64,000 nt of DNA from Eledone cirrhosa (lineage: Eukaryota), in the NCBI GenBank assembly GCA_964016885.1, contig OZ024761.1, positions 26,784,001 through 26,848,000 on the forward strand. Direction: 5' to 3'. This document shows positions 1-11,784 of this stretch, one piece after another. Position 1 is the first letter of the stretch. Every line of letters starts with the position of its first letter. A program made the translations under genes and the position numbers. The notes beneath the pieces are model-generated. The model had not been told where the DNA came from, ran no database searches, and saw nothing but the letters and a program-made list of their open reading frames with translations.

Positions 1-174
1 GTAATGTTAGTTTTAAAAGTTTAGACCTTTTCCCAAGCCTAGAGGTTCATCAGACCAGAGCTTAGACCTCTTTCAATGGCGTTAAGGGGTTTAAGCGAAT
101 AAGAATATAAAACCGTCTCCCAAACAAAACGCCAATCCCTTGTAGTTTAATTTCCACAGGGTGCCGGTAATGTT

Positions 175-430
175 AGTAGTAAAAGTTAAAATCTTTCCCC
201 AAATCCAGGGGCTCGTCAAGCTGGAGCTTATCCCAGCTTCATCAGCGTTAAATGACTGTGAGTACAAGACTCTCCCCTGGACGGGATGCCAATCCACTGT
301 AAGTTTAGTCCCCCTACTAAAACTGGGACACATTTTCACCTGAATTATTTGGAGCCACGGGAAATGATATGTTTTGTTAAAGAACACAATCCGCAACCCA
401 GTACAAGAATCGAAACTATGATATCATGAT
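175..430 (-). mobile_element. Degenerate tRNA-derived SINE; a partial duplicate of its 3' end lies at 1-90
   Basis: Motifs 'ctcccctggacgggatgccaatcc' and 'ggagccacgggaaatgatatgttttgttaaagaacacaa' resemble the reverse strand of mollusc SINE bodies. 'gtaatgttag...aaagtt...ttcccaa' occurs at 1 and 167. Confidence 0.5.
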
Positions 431-775
431 TATAAGCAAAACATTCTAATCCAATACCTATAGCTGTTTTTTTCCATCTTCCATTTTTTTCCTTTTCTTT
501 GTCTCTCTCTCTCTCCAAAATAACTTTCTGTTGTTTCATGCTTTTTTTTCCGATGAAAGACTAGCATACGAAACATCAAAAACTCTTTATTACTTCCTGA
601 AGCTGTGCACTAATATAATATTAAGTATGTTGTCCTCTGGTGTTATTTCGTTTTCGTCCTTATGACTTCTATTATATGAGATTATATGCTATTATAGAAA
701 CCGTTTCACAAACACACGCCTACACACACACACATATATATATATATCGGTCTGAGTATGTATGAATATATATAT

Positions 776-858
<83 letters not shown>

Positions 859-882
859 TATATATATATTCATATATATATA

Positions 883-967
<85 letters not shown>

Positions 968-1099
968 ATTACATACACTAGTTTTTACATTCGGTCTACA
1001 GTTTGGAATGAACCAAAAAGAAGACCAAAAAATACAAAAAAATACGGTGTTAATAAGATGTTAACCGATTGGACTAAAGGCACGTGCTACCTATGAGCA

Positions 1100-1148
<49 letters not shown>

Positions 1149-1622
1149 AAATATAGTATATATATGTAATATATATATATATGTAATATATATAGTATAT
1201 ATAAGTAATATATATATATATAGTATATATATGTAATATGTATATGTAATATATATATAGTATATATATGTAATATGTATATGTAATATATATAGTATAT
1301 ATATGTGATATATATATATATAATGTGTGTGTGTGTATGTAATATTTATGTATGTGATATATATATATGTAATATATATATATATGTATATAAAGATATG
1401 CATACAGATGGGGTGTTTTTTTGCTTTTTCTTCTAAAATATAGCCTTTATGACTTAGAAATGTAGCGTATAGTTATGTTAGCCATCAAATAAACCTATTA
1501 ATATGTCATTGAACGGACAAGCATGGGGTTGTAAAGATGGCACCAGGTTTGGTGAGCGCATAGGGTGACGTTATATGGAAATAAATTGAGATAGAATAAT
1601 AAATACATACATACATATATAT

Positions 1623-1681
<59 letters not shown>

Positions 1682-1714
1682 TAGTTTATGCGTATGTAAG
1701 TATGTACGTGTCTG

Positions 1715-1754
<40 letters not shown>

Positions 1755-1792
1755 TATATGTATTTACATATATATATAACCTAGTTAGAGGG

Positions 1793-1842
<50 letters not shown>

Positions 1843-2018
1843 TTGTGCGTTTATATAAACCTATCTATCTATCTATCTATCTATATATCTATGTATGTGT
1901 ATACAGATCTATATATATGGACATATGTTCATATATCTATATTTATGCAAATGTGCAGTTATAATAATATATTTAAGTATATTAATGTCGACGTATATAT
2001 ATATATTCAGACTTTCTT

Positions 2019-2077
<59 letters not shown>

Positions 2078-2549
2078 AATATATATATATATAATTCAGA
2101 CCGAGGGAGGGGCGTGGGTAATAGTGAAAGCCATAGCCATAGACACTGCCAGAAAAATGGCGAGGCGACATCCAAGGAAATTTTCTCATTTTGTGTTATT
2201 TTGCATTCATATGTGCTCCTTTCAGGATAAGTTATAAGGTAGAGGAAGAAAGATGATAAGAAATTGACTAGCGAATAAAATAGCCTTTCTTCTATCCAAT
2301 AACTGAAGCCAATCGGCATTTTGATAGAAATTATCGGTTTTTTGTCGCCATCACTTACCCAACGGCAGTCCGCCATGTTATTTTCTTGTTTCGTTTTCTT
2401 GGTTGGTAGTAAAGATAAAATAAAGATAAAATAAAAATAAAATAAAAGTAAAATTAAAAGCCCAAAAAAAAACAAACTAACTTCATGGCAAAAAGTCGCA
2501 GCTGACAGTGTTGACAAACTGAGGAGGTAGTGTCGTAGATGGTGTATTG

Positions 2550-2594
<45 letters not shown>

Positions 2595-2617
2595 TTATAT
2601 CTATCTCTATATATATA

Positions 2618-2680
<63 letters not shown>

Positions 2681-2682
<2 letters not shown>

Positions 2683-2782
2683 CGAAGGAAATGTGGTAAG
2701 GAACCAGGTGGACCATAACGCACCAAAGTACTCAATACTTGAGGTAGTAGAGTGGGTAATAGAAAACGGGGTCTTACTGGTT

Positions 2783-2785
<3 letters not shown>
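2681..2785 (-). mobile_element. Penelope-like pLTR fragment, family A (3' terminus)
   Basis: Near-identical to 8473-8551, 41283-41430, 53184-53334, 53400-53535 and 60187-60382. Flanked by (TA)n on both sides. Confidence 0.6.
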
Positions 2786-2826
<41 letters not shown>

Positions 2827-3106
2827 CATACTTATATCTATCTATATATATATATGTATATATACACTTATATCTATCTGTATATATATATATACTTATA
2901 TATATATATATATACTTATATCTATCTGTATATACTTATATCTATCTGTATATATATATATATATATACTTATATCTATCTGTATATATATATATATATA
3001 TACTTATATCTATCTGTATATATATATATATATATATTTACATCTATCTATATATATATATATACACTTATATCTATCTGTATATATATATATATACTTA
3101 TATCTA

Positions 3107-3143
<37 letters not shown>

Positions 3144-3192
3144 TCATATCTATCTGTATATATATATATACTTATATCTGTGTGTTTGTATT

Positions 3193-3245
<53 letters not shown>

Positions 3246-3573
3246 ATATGTACGTATAATACATTCATCTACGTAATTAATCTTTCACACATATATATAT
3301 ATATATACATATGTGTGTATGTCTGTATATATATATATATACATATATATTTATATATATATATATGCATACACATATACATACACCCAACCAATATATT
3401 ACTGTACCAACTGGTGAAGTTTCGTATTGATTGTGTCGTATGTTATTTATAACACCTGGTTCAGTTTTACAAAGAATTGTTTTCAATTATGAAGCAAATG
3501 TAAGGATATATATATAAATAAATATATATATACATATACACACATACATACACACACATATATATATATACGA

Positions 3574-3605
<32 letters not shown>

Positions 3606-4410
3606 ATATATGTATATTTGTATATGTATATATGTATATGTATATATATATATAAATGTGTGTGTGTGTGTGTGTTCCTTAATTGATTATTTTTTCATGT
3701 TCCGTTACGGAACTGATATCTCTTTGTAGATACATACAGATACACACATGCATATATGCATACGTACATACATATATACTTACATACACACATATACGTA
3801 CAGTGGCACACTAATTTCACCATCAATTGGAAGATTCTAGAAATATCTTCATTCTATACAAATGGCTGTAGGTCATGACAATTTTGTTCGGTTGCAAAAT
3901 GGAAGATGCTATAAAAAAAAGCTACAGAACTCCACCGCCTATATACAAGAGTTGATTTCTTGAATCCCTGCGCCCATGCCCTTAAACTCATCTTAAACTC
4001 ATCTTAAATAACTGAAGTAATCTGCCTTTGCAAGATTAATAGAAATTTACCTCCACAGATCCTACACATTGGCCACCGAAATTAAACATCCGCTTTCAAT
4101 TTAATCTTCATTACTAAACTCATTATCATTTTAACTGCCAAGTCTAATTAGATCCCACAGCATTTATTTCCCTTAATTTGCTCATACATTATAATTGTTC
4201 TTCATGGGCTATTTTAAAATCATCAAATTACCTCCCTTGCCTTTATTTACCATCCTATCTATGCAATCATCTCTCTCTCTCACCCTCTCCCTCTATAACA
4301 CACGCTCCCCCCTACAACATACACACACACACACACTCCTACGATAAATAATCTTTTAATGAGCGAAAAATGAAGTACAAGACTATAAATTTGCATAAAA
4401 CCAAACAATA

Positions 4411-4480
<70 letters not shown>

Positions 4481-4517
4481 CACTTTTCAGGCAATATGTG
4501 TATATATGTATGCGTAA

Positions 4518-4561
<44 letters not shown>

Positions 4562-4789
4562 AATTCGGTATAGAAAAATAAGTTGTAAGGAATATAGATA
4601 AGACAGTAGAAATAACAAAAGTACTAAAACAAATAAGTCAACGATTTTAAAGAAAACTAACAAAACTACTAAATCTAATGAAACTACTAAAGCTAATAAA
4701 ACACCTAAAACTAGTAGAAGTGTAATTTCTGCTGATTATTCTGATAAGTGTTTCATGTTATATTGGATAGTCTTTGTGAAACATCTGCA

Positions 4790-5165
4790 TTTTCACTTCT
4801 CGTATCTCCATTTCTCGCCTCTCCACTTCTCGCCTCTCCACTTCTTGTCTCTTCCCTTCTCGTTCTTCCACTTCTCGTATCTCCACTTCTCGCATCTTCC
4901 CTTCTCGTTCTTCCACTTCTCGTATCTCTACTTCTCGCCCCCCCCTACTTCTCGCATCTCGATTTCTCACCTCCCCACTTCTCGTCTTCCCACTTCTCGT
5001 CTCTCCACTTCTCGTCTCTCCACTTCTCGCCTCCCCACTTATCGTCTCTCTACTTCTGTTTCTTTCTTCCGTTCTCGTCTCCCCACTTCTCGCGTCTAGA
5101 CTTCTCGTCCCTCCACCTCCACTTCTCGCATCTTTCCTTCTCATTCTTTCACTTCTTGTATCTCT
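4790..5165. repeat. Imperfect ~15-bp pyrimidine-rich minisatellite (ctccacttctcgNNt)
   Basis: More than 20 recurrences of ccacttctcg/ccacttctcgt. Confidence 0.85.
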
Positions 5166-5310
5166 ACTTGAACTCAGACCGTAATGAGCCATAGCTCTAT
5201 GCCGCTAAGCAAATCAAAGTTTAGTTGAGTCACATCATGTGAGACCACACATTGTTAAGACTATACTCCGAAGAAAGATGTTAATATATTTATATATTCT
5301 TATTAACGTG

Positions 5311-5487
5311 GGTGAATGGGCAGAGGGTTGGAGGCCATGCTTTCTAGCATAGAGTTACGTCTCTTTACGGTCTGAGATAAAATCCCGTCGAGGCTAACTT
5401 TGCCTTTCATCCTTACGGGGGACGATAAAATAAAGTACCAGTAATACACTGGGATAATTGCTGGCCTTGTGCCAAAAGTAGAAACAA
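5311..5487 (+). mobile_element. tRNA-derived SINE (octopus-type) with TSD
   Basis: Body 'gaggctaactttgcctttcatccttacgggggacgataaaataaagtaccag...ggccttgtgccaaaagtagaaac'. Direct repeat ttattaacgtg at 5300-5310 and 5488-5498. Confidence 0.85.
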
Positions 5488-5573
5488 TTATTAACGTGAA
5501 AGCAGTAGAGCGCTTCGGAACATGGTCGTAATCGATGTGTGCTCATGATGTGACTCAACTAAACTTCGATTTG

Positions 5574-5706
5574 ATCTGAGTTCAAATCCCGCTGAGGTTA
5601 ACTTTGTCTTTCATGCTTACAGGGTCGATAAAATAAAGTACCAGTAATGCACTGGGCACTGAGGCGATGATTGCTGGCCTTATGCCAAAAAGTAGAACAA
5701 ATTATT
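5574..5706 (+). mobile_element. 5'-truncated copy of the same SINE
   Basis: B-box-like 'gagttcaaatccc' followed by the family body. Confidence 0.8.
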
Positions 5707-5825
5707 AAAGACCTACCCTGTTTATGTTTCTCTATTCCTAACGTGACCATCACCATCAAACAAAACACATCACATCACAAAGGATATCGCACGATGTACC
5801 ACACTAAATATATATGAGTATATAT

Positions 5826-6005
5826 GGATTGGCAGTATCGGTAGAGGGTCGGACGCCATGCTTTCAAGCATAGTTACGTCCCTTTACGATCTGAGTTCAA
5901 ATCCCGCCGAGGTTGACTTTGCCTTTCATCCTTACGGGGTCGATAAAATAAAGTACCAGTAATGCACTGGGTAATTGCTGGCCTTGTGCCTAAAGTAGAA
6001 ACAAT
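5826..6005 (+). mobile_element. Near full-length tRNA-derived SINE
   Basis: A-box-like 'tggcagtatcggtag' and B-box 'gagttcaaatccc'; same body as the other copies. Confidence 0.85.
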
Positions 6006-6048
6006 ATATAATATGTATATATACACACATATATATATATATATATAT

Positions 6049-6434
6049 CAAGGTTAAACAAGGTTCAATGAATAAATCAAAGAATAAAGTTTTACAATAG
6101 ATTAGAAGCACTCCAGAAGATTGGTTTTCCGGAGTTATTAATATTAATTCAAAATATTAACAAAAATAGACATTTGTGTGATCAAGTATATTTTATTATA
6201 CATATGTCAGAGGTACTGAGCTATCTTCAACAGTACGTCCTCATCAGATAAAATAAGATGATACATGACATACCCTGGCTAACTGAATTTTAACTATCTA
6301 CTTAGACAGGGTATGTCATACATCATCTTATTTTATCTGATGAGGACGTACTGTTGAAGATAGCTCAGTACCTCTGAAATATGTATAATAAAATATACTT
6401 GATCACACGAAAGTCTATTTTTGTTAATATTTTG

Positions 6435-6439
<5 letters not shown>
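6049..6439. mobile_element. Fold-back Penelope-like pLTR element, family B, in (TA)n
   Basis: Inverted arms 6145-6277 and 6307-6439, plus a unique tail 6049-6144. Homologous to 60768-61172. Confidence 0.7.
6329..6395 (+). ncRNA. Type I hammerhead ribozyme (minimal stem III)
   Basis: tattttat-CTGATGA-[gga/tct plus gtactg/cagtac stem II]-GAAA-tatgta-TA-ataaaata; stem I is perfectly complementary. The mirror copy at 6189-6255 (-) has GACA instead of GAAA. Confidence 0.75.
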
Positions 6440-6483
<44 letters not shown>

Positions 6484-6829
6484 TAAACGGAATAGAAAAT
6501 GCTGACAAATTGTTCACAGTGAAAAATAGTTTAATTAGGAATAAGTGAGAATTAGTAATTGTATTGGTTAGTATTCAGTTTTGGTTTTAAGTTTTACCGG
6601 TTGCGCATTTCTAATGCTTTTCAAAAATAATTTTGAGATAGAGCGTCCGTGATGTTTGCTCTGATCTGATATATATAATCTATATATATATGTAATCTAA
6701 TCTCTCTATATATATATAATCTGTATATATAATCTATCTATATTTATATATATTTATATATATAAGCAATTTGTTGGTAATTCAACAAATATAAATGTTA
6801 TATAAATATATATATATATATATATGCCT

Positions 6830-6994
<165 letters not shown>

Positions 6995-7156
6995 CGTCGT
7001 TATCAGATCAAATGTTTTGCCAAGTCCATTATAGAAAGTAATAATAATTGAGATTCTACAATTACCAGGGAGCACAATGTTTGGTGTGTATTACTAACAC
7101 ACAGATATGTTTATATAATGTATATTATGTATGGTGTAGATATAGATATTGTATAC

Positions 7157-7187
<31 letters not shown>

Positions 7188-7568
7188 ATGTATATATATA
7201 TATATATACACATTCTTATAACAATATTTGTTTCGACACACGGTTTCATATCAAAAACCTTGCAAAACAAATATACACAACACACACACATATATATGTA
7301 TATATATATATTTGTATATATATATATGTATATATATTTGTATATATACATATGTATATATATTTGTAAATATATATGTATATATATATTTGTATATATA
7401 ATATATATATATATATATGTATATATATTTGTATATATAATGTATATATATATGTATATATATATGTATATATAATGTATATATATGTATATATATATAT
7501 TTGTATATATAATGTATATATATTTGTATTTTTATATATAATGTATATATATATTTGTATATATAATC

Positions 7569-7599
<31 letters not shown>

Positions 7600-7982
7600 A
7601 TATATATATATATGTGTATATATATATATATGTGTATATATATGTATATATATAATTGTATATATAATATATATATATATATGTATATATATATTTGTAT
7701 ATATAATATATATATATATATGTATATATATATTTGTATATATAATGTATATATATATATAAATAAAATGTATGTATATATTTGTATATATAATGTATAT
7801 ATATATAAATAAAATGTATGTATATATTTGTATATATAATGTATATATATATACATAAAATGTATGTATATATTTGTATATATAATGTATATATATATAC
7901 ATAAAATGTATGTATATATTTGTATATATAATGTATATATATATATAAAAAATGTATGTATATCTTTGTATATATATATTTG

Positions 7983-8013
<31 letters not shown>

Positions 8014-8025
8014 TTGTACACTGTA

Positions 8026-8060
<35 letters not shown>

Positions 8061-8088
8061 TTGTATACTGTATATATATATTTAAAAT

Positions 8089-8143
<55 letters not shown>

Positions 8144-8152
8144 TATGTATAT

Positions 8153-8228
8153 ACAGGCTGTCCCCGAAAAATGTATACACACTTTAATAACATTCTAATC
8201 GGTGTGAGCATACATTTTTGACCCCCCC
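8153..8228. mobile_element. Tc1/mariner-type MITE remnant
   Basis: TA-CAGGCTGTCCCCGAAAAATGTATACAC with a degenerate inverted partner 'gtgagcatacatttttgaccc'. Confidence 0.45.
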
Positions 8229-8472
8229 CCCCCCCACACACAATTTGTTGTCAATTCCTGTTACAATGTCTAAAAGAGAAATAGACTAATAAGGATAATT
8301 TTAACTGATCGATATCTATCCTTGTTATCCTGTTTTTACAATACCCTTTACTATATAAGTGACATTACCTCACTCCCATATATTGTATAACACAGACATA
8401 AATACATAGACACTCATAGACACATGTATATATATATATACACATATGTATATATATATACACACATATATA

Positions 8473-8549
8473 TTTCCCACTCTACCACCCTAAGTATTGA
8501 GTACTCTGGTGCGTTATGGTCCATCTGGTTCCTTACCACAAATCCTTTG

Positions 8550-8551
<2 letters not shown>
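8473..8551 (+). mobile_element. Family A pLTR 3' fragment
   Basis: Reverse complement of 2681-2757; ends into (TA)n. Confidence 0.6.
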
Positions 8552-8614
<63 letters not shown>

Positions 8615-8668
8615 TATTTATACATACATACATATATATATATATATGCATCAACACAACTCGCCATT

Positions 8669-8751
<83 letters not shown>

Positions 8752-8801
8752 AATATATATATGGTTGCATGTATATGAATATGGTTGTATATATATATAT
8801 G

Positions 8802-8858
<57 letters not shown>

Positions 8859-9006
8859 TTGTATGTATATGCATATATATGTTTATTTATACATACATAT
8901 ATATATATATGGTTGTATGTTTATGTATTTATATGTATATGATTGAATGTATATGTATGTATATATCTATGTTTATATATATATGTATATAATTATATTA
9001 TAATTA

Positions 9007-9078
<72 letters not shown>

Positions 9079-9471
9079 GGTGTGTGTGTATACACACAGA
9101 CAGACACATAGACACATATTGTATATCAACCGTTGAAAAGATCTGTCTAGCTCGCTACTAATTATAAAAACAACTTACAACACTGCTTTCCAATAAGTTC
9201 ACAAATTCCCTGGTCCCCAATTCAACACCTGAGTCATACAGAGTTACCTAACTTGGTCCATCATGGAGTGTCTCGCAAATTACTTCATTGTACAACATAG
9301 CATGACCCCTTCACTTGATCTTCAACTGTTGTGTAGTGTCTGTTTGCTAGTAAGAACTTGCCATATAGCTTCCGGTAGTACATAGTATATTATCTTATCT
9401 CTGGTCTCTCTCAATTGTATATATATACTATATATACAATCTTTTGATCTTATATATTATGTATACTCCAT

Positions 9472-9561
9472 TATGTATACTCCAGTCCTACAAACTGTAG
9501 AGTGCTTCTTATCCGATATCTGCATTGCTTTATTGTACTACAATAAAACTCACCTCCTACA
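9472..9561 (+). mobile_element. Short repeat, putative pLTR 3' end, family C
   Basis: Near-identical reverse complement at 46604-46694. Contains the actc...gagtgc hairpin. Confidence 0.55.
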
Positions 9562-9563
9562 TA

Positions 9564-9634
<71 letters not shown>
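9564..9634. repeat. (TATC)n microsatellite at the 5' flank of the Tx1-like element
   Basis: About 17 perfect units. Confidence 0.95.
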
Positions 9635-9873
9635 ATATTAATCTAGCTGTCGTCTGTTCTACAGTGTGGATGTCATTCACTTCGCACAGAAGTTTTGTTC
9701 AAATTTATTGAGGAAATTTTGTGAGTTCAAACTTAATTTTGATACAATTGTGTAGCTTGACCCTCCGTCTGAACTGTCAGGCGGTGGGTCAGCTCATCTT
9801 TACCCCTCCTAGAGGTGAAAAACCTGTTTTAAAAAAAAATTTTTGTGTAAAAAATTTCAATCGTCTAACAGAA

Positions 9874-11751
9874 ATGTTAAACGCAGCGAACGAAAATAGT
9901 GGTGGGGGGACAGCGGTAAGAGTTGTAAGCTCGCACGCTTTAGTCCTCCCTTCCTTCCCAACTAACGTCATAGAGAAGGAAGGAAAAATGAAAATAAAAA
10001 CGGACGAATCTGCGGAGAAAAAATTAAATGACGAAAACAACGAAGAAAAAAAATTTGAAAAATTGCATGACAATACTAATAACACAAACAAAGACACAAC
10101 AAACAAAAAAATAACAGTTGAAAATAACATAATATCAGAAAACAAAGCAGACGACAAGATTTCATTTGCACAGAAAACAAAGAAATCTTTGACTTATATA
10201 GCGGAAAACATTTCAGATGTGGTACGAAGGATCACGGACGCAAAACAATACATAAGTGAAGGTGAGAATGTTATTTTATTGGTAAAAATGCCTCAAGAAT
10301 TCACGAAAGACATTGAAAGCCGAACGGTCAAGTTTCGGACCATCAACAACAGTACAAAAAAACCTGAACAGCCTTCTCAAGCAGATATCAAAACAGTACT
10401 CGCAGAAGTACTGAATGAAACAACTTTCATAAGAAAAGACAGACTGTATGGAAGCCTAGCAATTATCATGAAGAACGAATCGGCGGCAAAAAAATGTGCT
10501 TTGTCACCGATTCGTTCGAAAAATTTCACCTTTTATCCATCTTATATGGGAAAAAAAACTCAACGCATATGGCTGGATGCAATGATGCCAGATGTGGACT
10601 ACTGCTGGCTCATAGCTGGCTTCATCGATCCAGTGAATGACAACGTGATTTCCATTGGGAAAACCACAGGCAATGCGTTCAGTGGAACAGGTATAGAGCT
10701 GGTAGTACAAATGAAGCCTGAACGCATCGCCCAAATACCCGACAGAATCCTATTAGAGGACCACGGGTATATAAACATTAGCGTGGAGGGGAGAAGGCCG
10801 TCCTGCCATATCTGTGCAGGCAGAGGGCACCTGAAGGCCGCTTGTCCCCAACTCAACAAAAAGAAAACCCTGCTACCAACACCAGCTCCACCACCACCAC
10901 CACAACAGATAAACAAACAACAAAACTCAGTCCCACCCAACCCGTCCCTCAGTAACACCACAACACCACCACAACACAAACAGTCACAACACATTACCCC
11001 AAAACAAAATACAGGCCCACCCAACCTCTCACTCAATAAAACAACACAACCACCGCAGACACAACACACAACACAGTCTAACATAGTGACATCCATCTCC
11101 CCCACAAAGAAAACCAACACGGAAACATTACCAGCAAACATACCTCTTCCCTCCAACACTGAAGATAACCCAACGAATTCGGAGGAAGAAACGGAGTCCT
11201 TCAGACAGATTAAAAGGAAAAAAAGAAAACATGTGCAAAACACACAAGGACAAACAACCCCCACCCAAATCGCAACACAATCTAACAAAACAGAAAACAC
11301 CCCTCCAGCAACAAACAAAACCAAACCTGCCCCTCCCCTCTTCGAAACACTCACACCATCGGAAAAAAAGACATTACACTATACTTACATCAACAGAAAC
11401 AATAATAAATTAAATGAACTCATATACAATAATCCTTCGGTACAAACCGAAGGTGTAAACTTTGTTTCATCAGAAAACCACCCACATTTAAAACTAATAA
11501 AAATCCCAATGAACCTCTACCAAAAACTAAAAAAGGATTTTAAGGAGGACGTAGGACCACCCTCTGTCAAACCCATAAACCGCGTCCTACTAAAAAGCTT
11601 TCCCCCTCCCCTTCCCCTCCCCAACACAACTCCAAACACCCCAACCCCACCACACACCGACGACCCCACACCACCACAAGACACCCCTTCACCCAACACC
11701 CCCGACCCCATGGAAGTCGTGCAACCCGAACCCCGGGAAGCGGAAAGGTAG
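9874..11751 (+). CDS. ORF1 gag-like nucleic-acid-binding protein (open from 9721; first ATG at 9874)
   Basis: Single CCHC zinc knuckle CHICAGRGHLKAAC; Pro/Thr/Gln-rich low-complexity C-terminal half; basic patch FRQIKRKKRK; directly upstream of an APE-RT ORF. Confidence 0.85.
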   Translation: MLNAANENSGGGTAVRVVSSHALVLPSFPTNVIEKEGKMKIKTDESAEKKLNDENNEEKKFEKLHDNTNNTNKDTTNKKITVENNIISENKADDKISFAQKTKKSLTYIAENISDVVRRITDAKQYISEGENVILLVKMPQEFTKDIESRTVKFRTINNSTKKPEQPSQADIKTVLAEVLNETTFIRKDRLYGSLAIIMKNESAAKKCALSPIRSKNFTFYPSYMGKKTQRIWLDAMMPDVDYCWLIAGFIDPVNDNVISIGKTTGNAFSGTGIELVVQMKPERIAQIPDRILLEDHGYINISVEGRRPSCHICAGRGHLKAACPQLNKKKTLLPTPAPPPPPQQINKQQNSVPPNPSLSNTTTPPQHKQSQHITPKQNTGPPNLSLNKTTQPPQTQHTTQSNIVTSISPTKKTNTETLPANIPLPSNTEDNPTNSEEETESFRQIKRKKRKHVQNTQGQTTPTQIATQSNKTENTPPATNKTKPAPPLFETLTPSEKKTLHYTYINRNNNKLNELIYNNPSVQTEGVNFVSSENHPHLKLIKIPMNLYQKLKKDFKEDVGPPSVKPINRVLLKSFPPPLPLPNTTPNTPTPPHTDDPTPPQDTPSPNTPDPMEVVQPEPREAER

Positions 11752-11784
11752 GTCTCTACACTCTCCTTTGGCTCTGCCGCCCAC

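Noticed and set aside
543-582. Possible hammerhead (cCGATGA...GAAAcatc)
   Set aside because: The core is mutated and stem II does not pair; at most a relic related to the 60.5-kb element.
4748-5194. Leu/Ser/Pro- or Arg/Glu-rich ORFs
   Set aside because: Product of a 15-bp minisatellite.
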